A DNA stretch of 64,000 nt. Origin: a virus. How positions within the stretch are numbered: position 1 is the stretch's first letter; every line of letters starts with the position of its first letter. The DNA lies in the IMG/VR virus record IMGVR_UViG_3300045970_000455, positions 11,866-75,865 of that record. The stretch is one strand, 5' to 3'. A program made the position numbers and the translations under genes. Positions 58,670-64,000 of the stretch are shown piece by piece. The notes beneath the pieces were generated by a model. That model worked only from the letters and a program-made list of their open reading frames with translations. It did no database searches and had not been told where the DNA came from.

Positions 58670-58979
58670 TATCAATGTATTCTAAGATAACGGTGCTATA
58701 ACCATGTTCCACAGAATATTCTATGATATCTGCTATTACCACTTCTTCTTCTGTGGTTGTATACCATAAGACAGAAGTATGATCAACCAAGTTGCTACCT
58801 TCTAGCATCTTTACTGCTTTTTCTAAATACTCTTTTATATCGGTGCCGTCTACATACTCGCCGGCTGCTGCTAGTATTTCGGACTGAGGAATAAGTTGTA
58901 CCGTATCTACGAATCTCCCCTTAGAATCAGCAACATTAAAAATAGTTCCTAGAGTGTCGATATTTGTTATTTTATACAT
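58659..58979 (-). CDS. Acidic hypothetical protein
   Basis: ORF with ACTAAATA upstream at 59034-59041. Confidence 0.6.
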   Translation of the reverse strand: MYKITNIDTLGTIFNVADSKGRFVDTVQLIPQSEILAAAGEYVDGTDIKEYLEKAVKMLEGSNLVDHTSVLWYTTTEEEVVIADIIEYSVEHGYSTVILEYIDNDE

Positions 58980-59036
58980 TTTTATAAACCTTATAATAAT
59001 TTAAACATTGATGCTAACAGTATTCTTATACTGTAT

Positions 59037-60068
59037 TTAGTGAAATTGATAAAACTTTGATTTGTTATCATAAAATCTATCTACGCCTACTGATCTGTCA
59101 AGTGTTGCCCTTTCTGTTATCGATAGTAAAAATTCTAGTATCTGCTCTTGCTTTATATTGTCATGTAATGTGTCTGTATTAATCGACGTTATATTGGCGG
59201 ACGACCCTTCGGGTAGTGTGCCTATAATAAGGGGTGTGAAGGTTATTTTACCTTTCCCCGATACCACATGGCGTTGATCCAATATAAGAGAGTAGTTTAT
59301 ATTTTCGGGGCGGACACATACTATACTATGAAAGTTGTGTTGATTAGCATCTATACATGCAAATAGTTCAGCTGATGAATTTGTGTTTGTATATATTCTA
59401 TGTTCATCGACTACATTAGACGAGCCTTTACCAAATAACGTGTGATTATAATATGCATCATCCATAATAACTGTGTTTCTTAAGCAGAAAGATAGTGCTG
59501 CAATATGATTTTGATAAAATGTTGTTAACTTTAAATGGGCCTGCGGTTGCAATACATAATTCGCAACAATATTCATAGCACATAGGCTATTAAATTCTTC
59601 AACTATTTCTACGTCGATTTCTTTGTCAATATGAAATATAATAACCGAATTATAAAATGTTTCATAATGAGTTCTGTATTGTATGTAGATAGGTTCATCT
59701 ATGTCGCCAATGATATGAAACATAGTGTGATTCTGACATACTAAATACGCCATTGTTGAAAATACCTCAGAGTCGTATAGTCCTTTTGGATTATTATTGC
59801 TCTGTATTTCCATGGAGTTGGAAATATCTACACTGCTATGATCAAATAATAGTTTACTGACACGAATTTCGTTTCCAATCACAATGACCTGAAGACCTTC
59901 TAATGTGTGGTCTATGATCATCTGTGTTTTGTTATTTTGTATATGAAATCTTTGAGGGAAGAATGAAGATATGTTCGAGTGAACATATTTGTCCTGTTCC
60001 GCCAATGCGGCCAGTTCTGGATAATATTTTCCCAGGAATGTTTTTATAGGTATAAGAGTCGACGGCAT
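59037..60068 (-). CDS. Degenerate SufD/SufB-like beta-helix protein
   Basis: PIYI...N.VII.....VEIVEE...N.V...LQPQA.L and VVSGKGKITF periodicity; lacks the C-terminal CSHGAT-type region. Confidence 0.55.
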   Translation of the reverse strand: MPSTLIPIKTFLGKYYPELAALAEQDKYVHSNISSFFPQRFHIQNNKTQMIIDHTLEGLQVIVIGNEIRVSKLLFDHSSVDISNSMEIQSNNNPKGLYDSEVFSTMAYLVCQNHTMFHIIGDIDEPIYIQYRTHYETFYNSVIIFHIDKEIDVEIVEEFNSLCAMNIVANYVLQPQAHLKLTTFYQNHIAALSFCLRNTVIMDDAYYNHTLFGKGSSNVVDEHRIYTNTNSSAELFACIDANQHNFHSIVCVRPENINYSLILDQRHVVSGKGKITFTPLIIGTLPEGSSANITSINTDTLHDNIKQEQILEFLLSITERATLDRSVGVDRFYDNKSKFYQFH

Positions 60069-60069
60069 C

Positions 60070-60384
60070 TTACACTGTCTCAAATGTAGCAACTAATGGA
60101 AAAGAGTTTGCCCTAGCACATAAAATAGTTTCACGAGTTTTTTCTTCAGCTATTTCTTTTGTATATGGCGCACCTGCAACACCTTTACCTTCTTGATGTA
60201 TTTCTGCTGTCAGCTTAAATGCTTCTTCCAGCTCTCGGTGGAATATCTGAGTTAGCACTGCTACAACAAATTCCATAGTTGTAGTTTCATCATTATGTAA
60301 AATAACTTTATACATGCTCGGTGGCTGCACATCGATTACTTCACTGATTTTTTCTTCTATGGCTGTTTCTGTTTCTGTTGGCAT
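60070..60384 (-). CDS. clpS: N-degron adaptor ClpS
   Basis: PPSMYKVILHNDETTTMEFVV, IHQEGKGVAG, YTKEIAEEK, FPL. Confidence 0.95.
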   Translation of the reverse strand: MPTETETAIEEKISEVIDVQPPSMYKVILHNDETTTMEFVVAVLTQIFHRELEEAFKLTAEIHQEGKGVAGAPYTKEIAEEKTRETILCARANSFPLVATFETV

Positions 60385-60406
60385 AATATTCCCCGGGGTT
60401 ATACAG

Positions 60407-60435
60407 ATTATACACTACCCGGGGTCAAAAGTCAA
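60407..60435 (-). promoter_or_regulatory. Sigma70-type promoter for clpS
   Basis: TTGACT-17-TATAAT. Confidence 0.85.
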
Positions 60436-60458
60436 ATGGTTAAAAATGATAAATAAGT

Positions 60459-60513
60459 GTAGTTCGCGATACCACTAATATCCAACTACTCTAATGCTTA
60501 TAAGGAACATCAG
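60459..60513 (+). ncRNA. Candidate structured 5' leader RNA of the endonuclease gene
   Basis: GTAGTT/AACTAC and GATA/TATC nested stems, then CTAATG/CATCAG enclosing the AAGGA RBS; follows GATAAATA at 60448-60455. Confidence 0.55.
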
Positions 60514-60515
60514 CT

Positions 60516-61151
60516 ATGTATTTAGCATACACATATTTTATTAAGAACAAAATCACCAATCAGTTTTACTACGGGTTTAGGTGCGGAAATATTACTCACA
60601 AAAGACATCCCGAAGACGATCTTTGGATTGAATACTTTACATCATCTAAAAGAATTAAGTCACTCATAAAACAATACGGAACAGCCTCCTTCGAATGTAA
60701 TATACTACTAAAGGATTCTAATAAGGAAAAATGTTATATTTACGAACAAGAATTAATTTCCAAAAATATAAACAACGAAATGTGTCTTAATCAATATTGC
60801 AATCTAAATGGAATATGGTCGATGGCCGGTGCAACTCATTCAGAAGAAACGAAAGAAAAAATACGAATTGCGCGGGCTTCACAACCTGCTACCATGGCAG
60901 GAAAACATCATTCAAATATCACTAAAGAAAAATTAAGTAAGGCGCAAACAGGAAGATCGTCCGCCAGAAAAGGAACCACTGTTTCAGATATAACATTAGA
61001 AAGAATGAAAATTGCCCATACAGGTAAACAAGCCTCGGATGCCACTAAAGAAAAGATGAGAATGACGCACACAGGTAAGCGCATGTCCGAGGAGACCAAG
61101 TTAAAGATAAGTGCATCTCGAACAGGTAAACATTATCCTAAAGAAAAATAG
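60516..61151 (+). mobile_element. Free-standing GIY-YIG (Seg-like) homing endonuclease with NUMOD3 repeats
   Basis: YTY...YYG.R, YFTSS, conserved E and N; HSEETKEKI-type repeats; opposite strand to its neighbours. Confidence 0.85.
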
Positions 61152-61156
61152 TAGTA

Positions 61157-61186
61157 AAATTAACGGGGAATAATCCCCGTTAATTT
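61157..61186. terminator. Bidirectional terminator between convergent genes
   Basis: AAATTAACGGGGA-ATAA-TCCCCGTTAATTT. Confidence 0.85.
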
Positions 61187-61195
61187 ATTATTTTA

Positions 61196-61603
61196 TTATT
61201 TTATCATTATGAGTTTTGGCTTTACTTCGGGCGTATTCTTAACAAATTTTATTGTTAGTATTCCATCCTCTAATACAGCATCTTGTATATCAAAGAATTC
61301 TGCTATGCGGAATGTCTTTGAGAATGATCTTTTTGCAAGACCTCTATACTGATAAGTTGATTCTGGAGAATCCCCTTTAGTTGCAGTAATAGATAACACA
61401 CCCTGATTTTCTTGTATTGTAACTTCGTTTTTCTTAAAGCCGGCAATAGCAAGCTCTAACAAAAATTCATTATCAGATACAGTGATAATATTGTGTGGTG
61501 GATAGTTTACTGTGGTATGAGAGAAATCCCTAAATACGGGACCGAACCCTACAGCAAATTCATTAAAACGATCGATAATACGATCAAAGTCGCTATTAGA
61601 CAT
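61196..61603 (-). CDS. hsp20: Small heat-shock protein Hsp20 (IbpA-like)
   Basis: VGF, NYPPHNI, LAIAGF, YRGLAKRSF, LEDGILTI; ATG 61603 with AAGGAG. Confidence 0.95.
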   Translation of the reverse strand: MSNSDFDRIIDRFNEFAVGFGPVFRDFSHTTVNYPPHNIITVSDNEFLLELAIAGFKKNEVTIQENQGVLSITATKGDSPESTYQYRGLAKRSFSKTFRIAEFFDIQDAVLEDGILTIKFVKNTPEVKPKLIMIK

Positions 61604-61608
61604 ATTGT

Positions 61609-61627
61609 AACTCCTTAAAAGCAAGTT
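61609..61627 (-). promoter_or_regulatory. ROSE-like RNA thermometer hairpin
   Basis: AACUUGCU-UUUA-AGGAGUU: UYGCU opposite the SD with a bulged G. Confidence 0.7.
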
Positions 61628-61711
61628 TAATTTCGTGCACTATTGCACTATTTTATAAGGCCCTATAACAGGCGCCCTACAAAACTATTTATCTCTATAA
61701 CCTATAGAGAT

Positions 61712-61969
61712 TTAATATTTTTTATCTTTATGCCAGTTTCCTGCGGTAATCATATCCTCGACTTGCCGCTCCCATCTACGACGGGCTTGTTTCTTCATTC
61801 TCTGACGCTCTACCGCCGGCTTCTCATAAAACATTTTTTCTTTTAGTGTGTATAATAATCCGAGGTCTTGTACTTTTTTAGACCAGATTCTTAATGCTTT
61901 ACCAAAGTCGTCGTGTTTAACTTCGACAACTATGCCACGTGGTTTTCTCGTATCTCTATATTTATTCAT
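61712..61969 (-). CDS. rpsU: Ribosomal protein bS21
   Basis: VEVK.DDFGKALR.WSKKV...G....LKEK.FYEKP...R...K..ARRR. Confidence 0.9.
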   Translation of the reverse strand: MNKYRDTRKPRGIVVEVKHDDFGKALRIWSKKVQDLGLLYTLKEKMFYEKPAVERQRMKKQARRRWERQVEDMITAGNWHKDKKY

Positions 61970-63182
61970 TAACTTTCCGTTTCTTTACTTTGTAAATAGT
62001 TTTTATAATCCCACCGACACCCACTAATATTTTAGCAACACCCGATTTAGCAAGGGACGGCAAAATGAATTGGGTCGATTGAAGATCTTGTTCTATGATT
62101 GTGCGTAGCCCGCGTGCCCCAACTTTCTGCTCCATGCATTTAGTTGCTACATCATGTAAGTATTTATCATCAAATTCTAGAGATACGTGTTCATATTTAA
62201 ATAACGCTTTAAACTGACTTAATAGATTATTCTTTGGCTCTTTTAATATTCTAACCATTGTGTCTATTGTGAGATCTTCAAACACAACAGTTACAGGGCA
62301 TCTACCCACAAATTCAGGTATCAATCCAAACTTTATAAAATCCGGCGGTGTAATAAACTTTGCCATATCGTGTGCTGCGCCATTTACTTTCAGCGTTGCA
62401 CCTATGCCTATACTTGCATTAGATTTACGTTTTTTGATTATCTCGTCAAGCCCAACAAATGCACCGCTGCAAATAAATAACACGTTCTTTGTATCAAAAT
62501 CTATGGGATCATCATATCCGTCTGGTATTTTTATTATAGCGCCCTCGATCATTTTTAGCAAGGCCTGCTGCACACCTTCGCCCGATACATCTCTACCAAC
62601 AGTTGATGTTTCACTCTTTCTGCTCTTCTTATCTATTTCATCTATAAAGATAATACCGTGTTGAGCTAAATCGACATCGCCACCTGCATTTTCAACTAAT
62701 CGTGTTATTAAGTTTGATGCTTCTTCGCCCACATACCCTGACTCGGTGAGTGTGGTTGCATCTGCTATTACATACGGTAATTCTAATAGCTTGGCTATAG
62801 TTTTCACTGTTAATGTTTTGCCTGATCCGCTTGGTCCTACCATTAACACATTTGATTTTTCAATCTCAATATCTTTTAGCTTATTATTAACTCGCTTATG
62901 GTGGTTATAAAATGCTACAGATAAAGCAATCTTAGCCGAATCCTGTGCAATAATATATTCGTCTAAGTGTTCTTTGATTTGTTCCGGAGTTAATATTTTA
63001 CTTTTTTTAATTCGAACGGCTACTTTCTTTTGTTCTTCTTTATGTAGGGTATCGAAACTAAAATCAACGCACTCGTTACACATATATAGTGTATGCGTGT
63101 GCTTAACAGGTCCCTCAATCATATGAATCACTTGTGATCGGTCTTTATTACAGAACGAACACTTTATACTGTTTTCTTCCAT
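61962..63182 (-). CDS. clpX: ATP-dependent Clp protease ATPase ClpX
   Basis: CSFC..CNEC Zn domain, GPSGSGKT, GYVG, DEIDK, RDVSGEGVQQALLK, GARGLR. Confidence 0.96.
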   Translation of the reverse strand: MEENSIKCSFCNKDRSQVIHMIEGPVKHTHTLYMCNECVDFSFDTLHKEEQKKVAVRIKKSKILTPEQIKEHLDEYIIAQDSAKIALSVAFYNHHKRVNNKLKDIEIEKSNVLMVGPSGSGKTLTVKTIAKLLELPYVIADATTLTESGYVGEEASNLITRLVENAGGDVDLAQHGIIFIDEIDKKSRKSETSTVGRDVSGEGVQQALLKMIEGAIIKIPDGYDDPIDFDTKNVLFICSGAFVGLDEIIKKRKSNASIGIGATLKVNGAAHDMAKFITPPDFIKFGLIPEFVGRCPVTVVFEDLTIDTMVRILKEPKNNLLSQFKALFKYEHVSLEFDDKYLHDVATKCMEQKVGARGLRTIIEQDLQSTQFILPSLAKSGVAKILVGVGGIIKTIYKVKKRKVNE

Positions 63183-63183
63183 A

Positions 63184-64000
63184 TTATCCCTTCTTGAACT
63201 CTTTTAACCAACTTAATGCTTTAGGGTATTTATCTGCTTTGCTGACCGGAGGGTTGGTTATCTGACTTACAGGACGGGGCGTCGGGGATCTTCCCAATAA
63301 TACCTGTAATGTATCGGGAGACTGCGCCCACGGTTCTGTTTGTGTCGGTGTTGTAGGTAAATCTTGCCATTTCTTTTCTATTTCAGCCAGTCTGTATTCT
63401 TCTTTTGCTAATATTTCGTCGTCCGTCTCTATTTCTTGTAGCGGAACTTGTATCTCTGTGCTTTCCATAACACTACTCGTAGCTTCTGATGGCGGCGGAG
63501 ACGCGGATGCAGTGTAGACAACAGGCTTCTCAGGTGTTTGATCTGTTTCATGATCTGTGTTGGCGGCCGGTAAGGCATCGCCGGGTAGCGCCCATGGCGG
63601 CGGTACATATGTTTCTTTGTTTTTTTCACGCTTGATCCGTAATAATGTGTGATTAGCTGCGATCAGTAGTATAACTGCTAACGGGTCTAATGTCGATACA
63701 ATCAACAATGTAAATAATTTTACTGCTGTTTCTACATTTTTAGTTTCATCTCCGTCACTATAGAATAGTTCGGCAATATATCTGATTGGGCCTACTTCTA
63801 ACTTGAGTGCTCTTACTTCCGACTGTAACTTAAACTTCTCGTCACTGTATCCGTCTATCTTTTTCTGCGATGCATCTATATCTTCTCTTAGCTGTTTTCG
63901 TTGTGGTGCTTGAGATCTGCGTATTGTAACTGCGCGGTCTGCTCTATCTTTTCCTAAATAAGAGTTGATTGTGGTATCAAGTTGTGCTATAACTTTTTCA
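63184..64000 (-). CDS. Conserved coiled-coil membrane protein (5' part outside the window)
   Basis: Frame is open to the window edge: ...KLEVGPIRYIAELFY...AVKLFTLLIVSTLDPLAVILLIAAN. Confidence 0.75.
   Translation of the reverse strand, partial: EKVIAQLDTTINSYLGKDRADRAVTIRRSQAPQRKQLREDIDASQKKIDGYSDEKFKLQSEVRALKLEVGPIRYIAELFYSDGDETKNVETAVKLFTLLIVSTLDPLAVILLIAANHTLLRIKREKNKETYVPPPWALPGDALPAANTDHETDQTPEKPVVYTASASPPPSEATSSVMESTEIQVPLQEIETDDEILAKEEYRLAEIEKKWQDLPTTPTQTEPWAQSPDTLQVLLGRSPTPRPVSQITNPPVSKADKYPKALSWLKEFKKG

Noticed and set aside
9536-63182. Bacterial chromosome origin suggested by clp, isc, infA, rpsU, dnaJ
   Set aside because: These genes are interleaved with T4-like replisome, virion genes and late promoters and lack bacterial operon context.
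1-64000. Alternative genetic code (stop-codon reassignment as in some huge phages)
   Set aside because: Conserved proteins are full length and densely packed under code 11.
1-64000. tRNA or rRNA genes
   Set aside because: Intergenic gaps are short and I saw no cloverleaf or T-loop signature; a tRNAscan run would be needed to be certain.

Overview
A gene-dense, AT-rich 64 kb segment of a large T4-like (jumbo or huge) tailed phage genome, read in standard code 11. The Isc, ErpA and Clp genes look proteobacterial, which suggests a proteobacterial host. The window contains: (1) a likely DNA base-hypermodification cluster (TGT/DpdA-like transglycosylase, GT-B glycosyltransferase, SAM methyltransferase) next to the sliding clamp and family-B DNA polymerase; (2) clamp loader, a stand-alone DnaE fragment, exonuclease and nucleotide-pool enzymes; (3) a near-complete proteostasis kit (ClpA, ClpS, ClpP, ClpX, DnaJ, GroES, Hsp20); (4) translation factors IF-1 and bS21, Fe-S assembly genes (IscU, ErpA, degenerate SufD) and PhoH; (5) many tail-fibre, adhesin and probable head proteins under T4-late-like (G/C)ATAAATA promoters; (6) two free-standing homing endonucleases. 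The most unusual observations are three dispersed mini-genes that each resemble a different short segment of a gp23-type major capsid protein (one matching the EF-Tu-binding Gol region), a Gly-rich tail domain split across two genes at a Hint domain, a two-hairpin 5'UTR shared by two late genes 48 kb apart, and a ROSE-like thermometer on hsp20. All family assignments come from motif recognition by eye, and reference sequences were recalled from memory; no searches were run.
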